Both the position numbers and the translations under genes were made by a program. Shown one piece after another: positions 1 to 13,054 of a stretch of DNA of 64,000 nucleotides (position 1 is its first letter; every line of letters begins with the position of its first letter). This DNA is from Gnetum montanum (Eukaryota; Plantae; Gnetophyta): NCBI GenBank assembly GCA_015680685.1, contig MNCI01002478.1:12945-76944 (forward strand), given 5' to 3'. The notes under the pieces were generated by a model. It did not search any database. It saw only the letters and a program-made list of their open reading frames with translations, and was not told the origin of the DNA.

Positions 1-493
1 AAGGTGAAATGTGCTTTTATACCCTCTAAGACCACTTAATGATTTATTGACCTCAAGACTACACTCAACCTTGTTTGCATAGTGTAGAGAGTAGTTTGGT
101 GGGAGCATATTCTAGTGAGAGTGTAGTTACTAGACTTAGAAATTTTTTTGATTTTTTTGGTTGCTCTAGATTTAGAAAAATTTTAAATTATTCTTGTTTC
201 CCAATGAATGTACAATTCAACATTGTGTCCTAAGCATTCTTGGCCTTTCCCAAAACAATGCATCTAGCAGATACCACGGTCTGCTAAGAGCTTAAACTAG
301 CATCCCACAATCCACTAAGACCTTAAACTAGCACTCATGGTCTGATAAGGCCTAAAATTAGTATAAAGATGCTTACCTTATTTAACATTGTATCTACATA
401 CGTAGGTGAAATTTTTATTGCATTACTTTCCTTCATTTTGTGCATATGACTTGATTAAGATATGTGTAGCTTGATATTGTTTTAGTTGTTTTT

Positions 494-3400
494 GTGGGAT
501 TATCATGGGAATATGACATGGCTTTGTACAAGAATCTTCACTCACCTCTAGTCCTCACTACGTCCCATGATGATCTCACATGGTGTATTGATCCACAATG
601 CTTAGACCTTGAGCCCATAGCCTACAATGAATACATAATGTTCATAGAGGCACCACTAGATTGGCTAGACCATCTAGTTAAGGCTCTAGATCTAGAGGTA
701 GGTGACATCACCAAGGATCCCCTCATTGAAATCTCTATAGCAACACCTAGTGGTGATGCAAAAGCATTGAAACTTAGTTCCTTGCTAGAGCCTCAACATG
801 CCCAGAACATTGCAAAAGTACTTAACAATAACATCAAGGCATTCACATGGTCTTATAAAGACATGCTAGGACTAGATCCTCATGTAGTGCAACATAACAT
901 TTTCCTGAATCCTTGCATAACAAAAATTAAGCAAAAAGTGTGTACGGGCGTTGGTAGTCTATGATGAAATCACTAAGCTCTACAAAGTTGGTTTCATCTA
1001 AGCCATTGACTACATAGACTAGGTCTCCAACATTGTGGTTGTACTCAAGAAAAATAGAAGTATACTTATTTGCATAGACTTTTGAGACCTAAACTAGGTA
1101 ACCATTAAAAATAATTTCTCATTTCCTAGTATTGATCAATTGATCGATACCACATTTGTTCATGCATTGTTATCCTTCATGGATGGGTTCTTAGGTTACA
1201 ACCAGATTTAGATCAACCTAGAGCATCAACTCTATATTACCTTTATGACCCCTTAGGGTACACTCTATTACATCATGATGCCCTTTGGACTTAAGAATGT
1301 AGGAGTGACTTATCAATGAGTCATGACATACATTTTTAGCAATTACATGTTAGGTCTACTCAATGATTACATTGATGACATAGTAATTAAGTTCAAAGTG
1401 GCACACAACCACATAGATGACTTGGACCTTGTATTCAAATGTTGTCTGAAACATGAACTTAAGTTAAATCCTAAGAAATGTGTCTTTGGCATCAAGATGG
1501 GATGCATGGTTGGTTTCGTAGTGTCTGAAGTAGGCATATGCGTAGACGTTGATAAGGTTAAGGCAATTATCAACTTAGCAACACTAGCTAGCCTTAAGGA
1601 ACTATGAGGGTTACAAGGTAGATTGCAATTTATATGAAGGCTTATCGCATGGTTGACCAATAAGTTGTAGCCAATGCAACACTTGCTCAAAAAAGGAGTT
1701 CACTTTGAGTGGATGGCTCAATGCCAAGAGTCATTGGACAACCTTAAATAGGAGTTGGATCAACTTTCAATGGTGTACCCTCCACAAGGAGATAAATCAT
1801 TTTACATCTACCTTGCTATCTTTGATACATCGATCACTTCTCTACTTTTTCAAAAGTGAGACGATGGCATAGAGGTCTCAATATACTACCTAAGCCATGC
1901 ATTGGTTACCTATGAAGCAAAGTATAACAATGTCAAAAAGAATTTTCTTGCCTTTGTCTTTGCACTCAAGAAGTGGAGGCACTATCTTTTCCATAGTAAT
2001 GTACTCCAAGCCATTACAATGAATATCTATGAGAATAGCTGCATTACACATTGGAAAGAAATAACTATGAAGTTTGACCTACATTACATGGTACAAGCAT
2101 CAACCAAAGGTCAAGCAATAGCTGCACAACTTATGACTTCCCCAATCGATGATCAAGTAGTAATAGATCCAAAATTTTTGGATGAGCATATCATTAGGAT
2201 AAGTCAAGTGCTTGATAACTTTAAGACACTCTTGCACTTTGATGGTGCTTCAACCTCTCAAGCAAGTAGCACCACTATCATCATCACATTTCCCTCTAAG
2301 TAGATCCAACCCTTCATTTATCATTTTGCATTTCCATGTACTAACAATGTGACAAAGTATGAAGGTCTCCTCTAGGGCATCCTAGTGGCTTGCAACCTAG
2401 GAATACAAAACCTAGTAATCTAAGGCAACTTTCAATTGGTTGTTAACTAGGTAACTAAGGTTTACACTTGTAAAGGCTAGCATTTACAACCTTATTGTGA
2501 CTTGGTGAAGCACTTGCTCAAACAATTTGCAACTGCTAATGTTCAACATATCGCTTAAAATGAAAATGGCATTGCCAATGCATTAGCAACATTAGCCTTA
2601 AGCATTACACTTGATATGTTTCACACCTTGCCTACCTCAATTGTGTATTTCACTATGCCTATCACACAAACTACTGATATTGCATCCATAGCCATAGTAA
2701 GCATGAACCACATAGTAGAGTGGTACAATGACATTATGGTGTGCCTTCTATAAGGTGAACATTTGCAACATCTAACCACTACCCAAAAGGATGTAGTGAA
2801 AAAATGATTATGGTAATACATCATCATAAGTGATAGAACATTGTGTCACAAATCCTACAATGGCATACTATTGGCCTACATTAGTGACAACGAAGTAGAG
2901 AAGATCATTGAACAAGTCCACAAGGGACAATGTGGAGGCCACATAGCACCTAGGACAATGGTGTTGAAACTTAAATACTTAGGCTACTATTAGCCTTACA
3001 TGGACAATGATTTCATCTCCAAGGTCAAAGCATGTGACATATGTCAACAACATGGCAAATTAATGCATGTGCCACCAACTAAATTGCACACAATGCAAAT
3101 CACATGGTCATTCCACTGTTGGGGATTGGACATCATATGGCCTATCACACCTAAGTCCTTCATAGGATATAGCTTCATTATAATCACAACTAAGTATTCT
3201 ATAAAGTGGGTTGAGGCTATTCCCCTTAGGAAGACAACTTTGTAGTAGGTTTGCAAGTTTGTGCTTGACAACATAGTGACTTGTTTTGGTTTACCCATGA
3301 TCGTAGTCACAGAAAATGGGCCATAATTTAGTAGTGCTAAGACCAAAGCCTTTTGTGAGTGCTTCAAAATCAAAAATTCCTTTTTTTCATTGTACTACCC

Positions 3401-3961
3401 ACAGGTGAATGGCCAAGTGAAGGCCACAAACAAAGTCATTGTCAGCCTTCTAAAGAAGATGCTTAGTAGCAGCAAATGGTAATGGCATGAGCAATTAATT
3501 TACAAACTTTGGGCCTACTAAACAACACGCAGGACAATAATAGGTAAGATGCCATATAGTTTGGTTTATGGGTCTAAAGCTATTTTGCCTCTTGAACTAT
3601 AGCTTCCACTACTTTGAGTGATCCTCTCAAGCTTCATCAATGAAGTTCAAATGATGAATTGAGAACCATGGACCTTGAGTAGATAAAGGAGGAGCACATG
3701 AAAATGTTTGATTGCATCGAGTGTTACCAAGAAAAGAAATAGTAGAAACACCATCATAATCAACATTAACAATTGAACAAAAAAGGGGATCTAGTCCTCA
3801 TGGCCATTTGTGAACCTATAGAAAAATTCTCAACCAACTAGGAAGGGCCTTTCTTGGTTGTCAAGGCCTATGATAATGGAACGTTGAAGCTTACCGACCA
3901 TGATGATAATGAATTCATCAATCTAGTGAATCATTTGTATTTGAAGCCTTACTATACCTAG
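494..3961 (+). pseudogene. pol: Degenerate Ty3/gypsy (Tat-like) pol: RT - RNase H - additional RNase H - integrase
   Basis: Motifs read through many stops: AFTWSYKDMLGLD (~838), FMDGFLGYNQI (~1177), YIDDIV (~1368), LKLNPKKCVFG, RNase H FALKKWRHY (~1960), integrase H..CGGH / CDICQQH (~2920-3050), WGLDII (~3120), WEGPF-like (~3840), and LKPYYT* with TAG at 3959-3961. Confidence 0.93.
2227..2598 (+). pseudogene. Additional (archaeal-type) RNase H domain between RH and INT
   Basis: Translation gives LHFDGAS...FPCTNNVTKYEGLL...LVI*GNFQLVVN...VQHIA*NENGIANALA, the typical aRH motif set of Tat-clade gypsy elements. Confidence 0.88.
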
Positions 3962-3994
3962 TACGTAATGCTACATCTTAATAAAGCAAGGTAA

Positions 3995-4250
3995 GCAAAT
4001 AGTTTTCTATGACTATAAACTGGCACAAATAGTTTTCTATCATTATAAATTGGTATAACTAATTTGCTATGACATTAAACTAGCATAGACCATTTGCCAT
4101 AACACTAAACTAGCATAGCTTGTCCTTGGGTCATGATGTTGAACTAGCATAGCAACATGTCTGCTATGATGTTAAACTAGCATGTAGTAGTCTGCTAGGA
4201 GTATAAACTAGAATGCATCATGGTCTACCAAGACCTTAAATTGGGTCTAC
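3995..4250 (+). repeat. Degenerate ~30-40 bp tandem repeat with core (C/T)TAAACTAGCA
   Basis: Units such as ttctatgactataaactggcac, gctatgacattaaactagcat, ctgctatgatgttaaactagcat. The same core occurs at ~270-360. Confidence 0.75.
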
Positions 4251-4980
4251 AATTCAACACACAAATTTCTATGGACAAGCAAGTAAGAATACTTTCGAAA
4301 TCCCCTTCTTATCTATTTACCTTTCATGGGTGGGGTGAGAACACTGTAGTTACATTTCATGCATGAGGTCGAGACACTATAGCTCTACAATGGATTTCTT
4401 ATCATCTGGAGAGGCCTTTGAAACATTTGTAGCATTACCACCCCCAACATTTTGTTGATCTTTTGGAGTATCCCTAAGGAATTTTGCTAATCTTTTGAAG
4501 CTCTTTTCATTAGTGCTAGCACTACTAGCTCTAGGAAACACTTGTAGCACTACTAGCTTTTAGAATTTTGTTGGTGATTCGAGCTCTTGTTGTTAGCATC
4601 ACCCTTTAGACTAGTTGCAATGTCATGGCCCCAAACATCTTTATTGGCTTTTCAAACACTTGCAACTAGTTCATCTATTGTAGCATTTTTAGTATCCTCA
4701 CATCTAGTAGTTTACTCACATCTTATGATATGTGTTTGTTTTCTTGTTTTCTCTAAGTTGTGTTTGTGGGACAAAGCCCTGGAGGTGGTCATGTAGAGAC
4801 ACATCTCATAGTAGCAGCAAGTCACCACATTACTTTGATGTGCATGATTGGACTAGCCAAGCTACTCAAGTGTGTACATCCCTATTTACCCCACTATAGC
4901 CTACATGCATTTACCCCTTTTACCTTGAATTTCCTTGCCTTCCCCTACATCATCAAGTTTGCAACCTCTCTGATGCACAT

Positions 4981-7108
4981 TTTAGTGTCTGAAATCGTCG
5001 GTGCCGTGCTGGAATGTTACGGGCATCAAAAGATTCACAGACAAGCACAATAGACCCTACCTCCGCTTGAGGGCAAGCTGGAAATGGATGAAGGCAGAGT
5101 GCCTTGGATGGTCTGCACATGGATCAAACAAGGACTTCCCCAACGTTTGCCACTACAACATGTTGGGTTATACGTAAACTACAACTAAATGTAAACTAGT
5201 ATGAAACGTACAGAAAATGTAAACTTGCGTAAACATAGAAAACGAAGTAAATTGTAACCAAAGTTGGGAAAATGTATCAAATGTATTGAAAAAGAGTGTG
5301 TACAAAGCACTGGTCTATACGTAGTTGTGGATCTACACAAGGCGGACGTATAGCCCCGGTTGATGAGGATGGGTGATGGCAACTACTAGGAATTTTTGCA
5401 GGCACAACGTGAATGTTGTATGCTTAGCATGTAGGATGTATGCCCAGCATGTGAGATTTGTGCTCCCATGCTCTCTGTGTGAAAATGACCAAGTTTTTGA
5501 ACCTGGCCCAAACTAAACCTTGAACCCCTATTTCATCAAAAATTGGGGTTTTTATATGATCTTAGAACGTGGAATTTGGATCTGGAGTGGGATGATTGGC
5601 TATGGGAGGTGAAATTTATGGATCTGGTGAAAGGTGGGGCATTGACCAATATAAAAGAATAAAATTTTAATTGTGTATTGCATGAAAACTATCCAGTTCA
5701 CACGCTGGGCGTGTAGACCCTCAGCATGTGAACTTTCATGCCCACAAAAAATGAATGAATAATAGTTGTACAACTGATTTCATGGTTCTAGCTTGTAGAT
5801 TTTAGCTCTGGCATCCTTTTTCTAGCTTTAATGTGTCATTCTAAGCTTTGGGGTGTCCTGGCATGTCCATAGAGCTTCCAGCGTGTGAGTTTGGGCGTCC
5901 GGCGTGTTTCTGTATCCTCATACGTTGGGTGTATACCCTTCATACGCTAGATAGTAGGTGGTCAAGCGTGAAACATTTTGACGTATATGTTGATTTTTGA
6001 AGTTAGTTTTGACCATGGATCCAGATGCCTGATGTCCTGATAATACTGCCTATCAAATTTGGGCTCATTTGGCCTTGATTTGGCAAAGTTTTGAGAGGCC
6101 TGAAGTTGAGCATGTTGGCCACATGTTGGGCGTATAGGCCAGTGTGTGAGCATGAAAACTGCAATTTAGGAATTAGATCTGGTACAATGGGGTATGTACA
6201 CTAATCCTTGAGTCTTGGTGGTCCTCTAAGTATTCCAAGAGCTAATTTTGACTTGTTTCAATGGAGTTTTGGGCTCATCTCTGAGGTGCATACTGGCTGT
6301 ACGCTGGGCTTATAGGCCAGTGTGTGAGGCCAAGAATGATATTATTCATGCCGAAAATGGAATTTTTGAAAGCCTGTGATGATGTAGACTAGATGCCCAC
6401 ATCCTGAGGGTTAACCCCATGCCAAAAACTTGCCTAAAAGTGCCTGTTTGACCTTGTCCTTGGTGCCACACGTTGGGCATACATGCTGGGCATGCAGTAC
6501 GTAGATGCTCAGCGTGTGAACTCAAAAGTGCATGATTTCAATGTTAAAACTTGATTTTCCTAAGCCCATGATGATTCCTAACAATTTCCCTATCTCTGAG
6601 AGTCAATTCCTTGTGAAAATATTACTCTAAAGTGCCTGTTTTGGGTCACCTTTGAAGTAATACGCTGGGCGTACATGCTGGGCGTGTGAGCCAGCGTGTA
6701 GGCAGGAAATGACTGATTTCATGTCCAAAATTTTATTATTAGGATCTTGAGACCTACTTGGGACCTTAGGGAAGGTCATGGGGAGTCTAGACCTTCGATT
6801 CTAGCCTATTTTGATGAGTTTTTGAGGCTCAAAAGTTGTTGCATGCTGGGCCATACGCTGGGCATGTATAGGCCAGCGTACAGGATGCATACTTAATGAA
6901 AACCAAGTATTTTGAGCCAAAATTTGCTAGGTTTAATGCCAAATGTCACTGTAGTGTTATATGGGCACTAAGAAACCATTTGTTGCTTAGTTTGACTTTG
7001 TTTGAAGTTATCTATGAGGTCCTCAAGCTTCAGTCATGCTGGGGAGCATCATGACTTAGCTCGATTCTTGTCGAAGAAGTGCTAAGCTCAGAATTTTGTG
7101 GTGTTTCA
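4981..7108 (-). repeat. 3' LTR of nested element (2128 bp)
   Basis: Colinear with 13561-15715. Begins TGAAACAC on the - strand, terminal CA mutated. Many internal TACGCTGGGCGT-like motifs. Confidence 0.93.
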
Positions 7109-7124
7109 TTGGTCCCTCTTTGTT
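7109..7124 (-). promoter_or_regulatory. Polypurine tract
   Basis: The - strand reads AACAAAGAGGGACCAA directly before the LTR start, nearly identical to the PPTs at 16458-16473 and 56749-56764. Confidence 0.85.
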
Positions 7125-8264
7125 GAAGCTTGGAGGAATTAACTCGAGAAGTGTCAGAAAAGAAGTACAAAACACCAAAAGCAACTTGGTAGGAATATTA
7201 TCCTTTGGCACTTGGCCAGATGTCATCACACCGTGTTCTGTAGTACATGGGATTGGGGAAATGAAGTTTGTAGCTAGATAGGGAAATGGAAATTATATGG
7301 ATTGGGAACTAATCAAGGGATTGTGCATGGTAAATAGGATGCTCTGGTGTGTATATGGGTCATGTTGATCCCTGTCAATAGCCATTGTCTAGCAGACTTG
7401 GAACCAAGACACGAGGTGTACGTCCTTGGGTGGAACAAGACTCTGGTTTAGTGTTTAAGAGGACTTGTTGGCACAACCAAAGCCACGTGATGATGTGTTG
7501 TATTCTTTGGAGGAACAGGGCCTCTATTTAGTGTTAGAGGAAACCTATTGGTAGAGAGCCAAAGCTATGCAATGAGATGCTACTTGAGCGTTTGAGACAT
7601 GAGTATTTACTTCCAAGACAACTGCCTTTTCGCCTAGGGCTTGTATGGGAAGTGTCAAGGGTCTTGTGTTTCTTTTTGGATTTTTTGCTCTTTGCTCTTT
7701 GCTCTTTTATTCTTTTTTTTGTTTTTTCTTTTTCTTTTTCTTTACTTTTTATTTCTTTTCTTTTTTTTATTTTTTTTGTAAAGAGCTTTGTTTTGATCCT
7801 GTACTCATGCTCAAGTGCCATGTTGTGTGTTGCAACTGCTTAAAAGTGTTGCAGTGTGCAATGGTGTGCTCAATGTTTTGAGATGCACTAGGTGTGTCAG
7901 GGGTGTAATTAAGTAGAGTATGCTGAGGAATAGATGGGAAATATAATGGGAAATATACTAGTTAATGGCTTGATTAACCTTGTTACGTGTGTTGGGAATA
8001 ATGTGGTACCTTGCTACTGTGACAAAGTGCATTCTCGTACGAACACCTCTGAGTGTCATCCTACAAACACAACTCCAAGAAGACAAGAAAACCACGAGTG
8101 AGTGAGTAATCTTAGACTTGAATAGCAACTTATGAAACAAAGGCACCAGATAATATTTCAGGCACTGAATATGAATGGTAGCAATGTTGTTAGGATCAAC
8201 TGATGATGAGTGAGGCAACAGCTCTGATGAAGTTTAAATGCAGCTACAGATCGGGAGGCTAGAG

Positions 8265-8625
8265 ATGAAGCTACTAGTTTATAGTCTTAGCGGACTATCG
8301 TGGGTTAGTTTTATTTCATAACACATTGGATGTTGCTAGTTTAGCATCGTAGCAGATAGTACATTGCTGGTTTATAGTCTTGGTGAACTATGAGAGGAAA
8401 ACTAGTTTATAGTCTTAGCGGACTCTGGCGAACAAAACTGTGGCAATTTAATGTTGTACCGGATGGGTGCTATTTTATTGTCATTGTGGACAAACTGTGA
8501 TGTCAGTTTATCGTCATAACACCAGGACGAGTGGTGGTGCCAGTTTTAGGTCATGATTCCAAGTTCATGGATTAGATGTGTTAGTTGTGGTGCCAGTTTA
8601 TCATCATAAAGCCAGGACGAATGGT
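8265..8625 (-). repeat. Degenerate tandem repeat with core TAAACTAGCA
   Basis: + strand units tagtttatagtcttagcggac, tgctagtttagcatcgtagcag, tgctggtttatagtcttggtg, tgccagtttatcatcata. Confidence 0.75.
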
Positions 8626-8746
8626 GGATGCATCTATATGATCCTGTAAACAAAAGAAACTAGAGAAAATGATGTTAAATAGCAACTACAGAAAACATGA
8701 ACTAAAATGCACCAATAAGTAGACAATAATGTGAAACAGTGGTAGT

Positions 8747-11700
8747 TTAAGGCCTTTTCGGGCCATGAGAGAATGCGTAAGCTAGCACAATACAAACGAA
8801 TGTCACATATGCACTGCAAAAGAATTTGAAGAGTGTGTGGAGATTTGGCTTGTTTATGGCCTCAAGGGTGCTTTGATCATGTGGTTGTCTCCTACCCGGA
8901 TGTGGTTTTGGAGGTGTTTGAGGCTTAGTCTCCACTGGGAGGCTTATGGTTTTTGCCACTCGTTTGGGCATTTTAGCTCTAAATACTGTGTTGGTTTCCA
9001 CTTGTTTGGACATTTTAGCTATAGGTGTTGCATTTATTGCCATGTGTGTTGCATCAAGAGGCTCCCCTTTCAAGACCTGTGACATGTCTATGTTGTGGTC
9101 AGCTTGAAAGGGTGTGTTGTCGCCATGTATAATGACTTGTCCACCTTCGTATGGAAGGTGGATTTCTTGACGTATCAGTGAGGAAATGGCCCGTTGTTGA
9201 GCTAGCCAAGGTTTGCCAAGAATCATGTTGAAACTAGGCATCTCTTCTATGAAAGTGAACTCTATGCTAGTGGGGAATTGTTCACCTACCACGAAGGCTA
9301 AGTTGATTGTGCTCTTAACTATGACATGTGATCCGTTGAAGGATTTTAAACATGTAGTTTTTGCTGGCATGATCTTGTCTGCCATGCCTAGTTTATCGAT
9401 GACAGAGTATAGAACTACATTTGTTGTTGTGCCATCATCAATGTGCACTCTGTGAATGGTACATTATCCAACACATATATTAATTAACAATGGAGCTATT
9501 ATGACCTCCCCTTGTTTGGGGTTACATTTAACTACATCATCGTGGAAGGCTAAGGTGTTTGAACCCGATCCTTGTGGTGTGTGTTGTGAAATCATTGCAT
9601 GAATGGATTCCATGTTAGCAGGGATGCCCTATATAATAGGAATGGATGTTAACGTTTGTGCTAAGGCTTCTCAATAAGCTGATGATGTCATGACCAGGTC
9701 GTACAAGCTCATGGTTTTATTCTTTTGTTTTAGCATTTGTTTCACCAGGGCCAGTGTAGCTACAAAGTCCATGTTGTTTGCCATTGTGTTGGTTGCCTCT
9801 ACATGGGTCAAGGGCTTGGGCCTGGTTTGTTTGGGATTAGGGGTAGGGCCCCTAGCATTTGGTTGTTGTATACTAGGTGTGGCTTTTATTTCGGCTATGA
9901 ATGTTGTTCATTGTTCATTTGTCCTCTTCTGTTGCCATTTGGTAGTCTTACCCATGTTGTTGGAAGGGTTGGCTCTTGAGGGAGAAGAGGTTGAGACATT
10001 GCCTATGATTGGGCTCTAGGTAGGTGAGGGGCCATCACATGGTGGCACCTTTATGACAAATGGTAGTTTAGGAGGTGTCGTTGTTGTTTGACTAGCTTGT
10101 TATGGCACCTTGATAATGAAAGGTCTCTTTGCTATTGTGGTCAGTGCATCATGCCAGTTTAATGTCTTAGCATATGGCTATGGTGGTACTTTGACCACAA
10201 AGGGTGTTTTCTGTGCTTGGGATTTCATTGAATCTTGCTAGTTTAACATATTAGCGGATGTGTGAGGTGGTGGTACTTTGACCACAAAAGGTGTTGTTGG
10301 TGCTCTAGGTGGCACCTTGATGATGATGGGAGGCCCCTTGCTCATGGAGGCAGAGGGGATTGTTGCCTTGCTGGGAGGCACATGGGTCACAAAAGATTGG
10401 CGCACAAGTTTAGGCTTACTATCTATGCCAATGGAGTTCATGACATAAGAGGCATTGTTTGTACTAGGTTGATTTATGGTGTTGACGTTCAATTGGCCCC
10501 ATTCTATCATTGTCTGAAGATCATCCTGCAAGGCACAACAATTATTGGTATTATGACCGGACATCTGGTGGTAGTGACAAAATTGATCTAACTTGAAATG
10601 TCATGGAACCGGGGGCTCATTTGGTGCTACTAAGGTGGGGTTCCTTAGTAGCTCGTAGTACCTATCATGTCTTCGATGGGAATTCTCTGCTACTTGTTTG
10701 TATTAGATTTTCCTAGTTCTAAGGAGATGCTCTAGTAGTTTAGAAGGTCACGCAGCTAGCAACATGTACTTAGAGCGATCCTTGCTCTGATAGTTGGGCC
10801 TTGGGGTGGCCCCTGTTGTTGCAGGTAGGTTAGTATTGGTGTTTGTTGTTTTTGTGCTTGTGGCTACAATTTCCATTGTTATCTATTGTTTGGCAACGTG
10901 TTGGTTCTTATAAGCCACATAGGTGGGGTCATTGCTGGTTTGTGCAGCTTGTTCTATGTTCTTGATCTGTGTGAACACTTGGCTCAATGTTTGAGTGCTT
11001 AGGTAGTACAGTTTTAACTTAATGAAGTCATTTACAGGTCCCTTTAGAATCGTAAGAAAATACTTTTTAGGGATGGGCTCATGAAGTTCGTTAAGGACTG
11101 CACTCCATCATTGGATGAACTTTTGCACTGGCTCAAGTGGCGCTTGTTTGACCTGTATCAGAGTGTCTAGTGTGGCTTCAGGCTTCAGGTTGTACTTAAA
11201 CCTAGTAATGAACTAGTGTAACAGATCCTCCAAAGAGGATATGGAGTTATGAGGTAAGGCTCAATACCGGTCTAAGGCTAAACTTGTTAAGGACATAGCA
11301 AACACATGCAAGATTGCGTGGGGCCAAGCTTGAAGAAATAGAGTTTCTGATCGAAACATGACTAAGTGAGCATTTGGGTCTCCCTTCCCATTGTACTTAG
11401 TTAACTGTGGGAGTGTGATTCCATTGGGTAAAGCTAATGGTGGCACTGAAGAGCTAATTGGATCATCTTGTAGCAGTCCAGTACTTTAACTACTTCAGTG
11501 TTGGTAGTTTTGAGGTGCTTTACCTCGTCAACTAACGCTTGCATCCATTGTTTTACTTCTGCCCACTCTTGAGTAGTAGGTAGATTAGTTGGTTGGAGAG
11601 ATTGTTGGGTTTTCATTTGTTGCTGTGGAGTAATGTTCAGAGTTTTGATTATAGGGTGGAGCACACCGAAGTAACTGGGTTGTTGAACAAGGGATGTTAT

Positions 11701-12000
11701 TCCTTATCTAGCCACTAACTGTGGGGTGACACCCTGAATGTGTGGGGCCGATGTAAGAAAAGTGGCTCCATGCATTTGCACTGGCGGCATGTACTTGGTG
11801 GACGTGGGCATGGGTAGTCCATGTTGGGACACCAGTGCTTGTGTGCTTGTTGACACTTGGTGAGGGGCCGTCTATCCCACGTGAGGATGGAATGATGGGT
11901 TCACGTAGGCATGGGGACTAAGGGTGTGATATGAATCCTCAGGTTCAGATTATGCCTCGAAGTCATCTACATCATGTTGGTTTTAGGGCTTCTCAGTGGG
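8747..12000 (-). pseudogene. gag: Degenerate gag-protease of nested element (start approximate)
   Basis: LPQLTKYNGKGDPNAHLVMF (capsid, ~11410), HQMSGHNTNNC knuckle-like motif (~10570-10540), protease HRVHIDDGTTTNV (~9455) and FNMILGKPWL (~9220). Confidence 0.85.
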
Positions 12001-12319
12001 TCATCGTGTGTTTTGGCTCCTTGCCAGAAGGAGCTAGGAGATGAGTCTGTGTTGAGGTTCAGAAAGGAGGATGATGTCATATACAGAGGGGATGAATTCA
12101 TGACCTCCCATGTATATGCACTCAAAGTTTCATTTTGCTTCCTGTAATGTGGTGTCAAGAGGAAGGTTGGCCTAAATCTTTACACAGATAAAGTTTTATT
12201 GTTCCTGTGTGAGGATTACGAAGGTGCGTGCATTAGAGTTCTGAGATGACTCCATGGTGACGTGTGATGGGGTAGTGTACGGGCAGGCTAACAAGTGTCG
12301 AGTGCATTTTGGTCTAAGT

Positions 12320-12520
12320 CTGTAGTGTGTGAACACTAAAAATTTTTCTAAGTGTCTAGCATGTGAACACAAAAAAATTTTCTAAGTGTTGTTAGTGTGT
12401 ACAACGTAAATAGGAGAAAAATTTTCTGTGTTGTCAGCGTACACAATGTAAATGGGAGAAAAATTTTCTGTGTTGTCAACATGTACGGTGTAAACGGGTA
12501 AAAATTTGGCTAAGTGTGAA
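12320..12520. repeat. ~38 bp tandem repeat in 5' UTR of nested element
   Basis: aaaattttctgtgttgtcagcgtacacaatgtaaatgggag-like units, about 4-5 degenerate copies. Confidence 0.7.
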
Positions 12521-12739
12521 ATTATGAACAACGTACTCAGTGTATAACCCTGTATGCTCAATGTGTGAGGGTTATACACAGTGTGTGAACACTAGCCACA
12601 ATGTATAGACCACTCTCACAGCATATAGGTACTGTTGCCAGTGTACACGAACTGGTCACAGCGTGTGAACTGGGTTCACAGCGTATAGACTGCAACTGTC
12701 AGTGTATAGCCAGAGTGGTTAGCATGCTGAAAATGGTGG

Positions 12740-12895
12740 CAGCATATAGACAAGGTCTACAACATGCAAGAAAACTAAGCAACATATAGACAAGGTCTAC
12801 AACATGCAAGAAAAGAAAGGCAGCGTGTAGACAGGGTCTACAACATGCAGGAAAATAGGGCAGCGGGTACACAGGGTCTACAATGTGCAGAGTAA
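12740..12895. repeat. ~39 bp tandem repeat
   Basis: agcatatagacaaggtctacaacatgcaagaaaa-like unit, four copies. Confidence 0.8.
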
Positions 12896-13054
12896 GTGGT
12901 CAGCATGTACCAAAGGTGTAGTACAACGTGAAACCTTATAGGTAAGAAAAACTAAGTATTTTAAGATGAAAATGAAAGAATAAGGTAGCGTATATTCCAG
13001 AAAAATAAAAATTTTGCAAAGGGAAAGGCTAAGTCACAGCGTGTACTTGGTACA

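Noticed and set aside
1-190. LTR fragment on the - strand
   Set aside because: It shares short motifs (ttctaagt, ctacactctcacta) with the 16474 LTR but is too short and cut by the window edge to call.
7534-7881. K-rich and F-rich ORFs
   Set aside because: By-products of a poly-T/A low-complexity tract in the 3' UTR. The same applies to 25608-25847 and 46269-46490.
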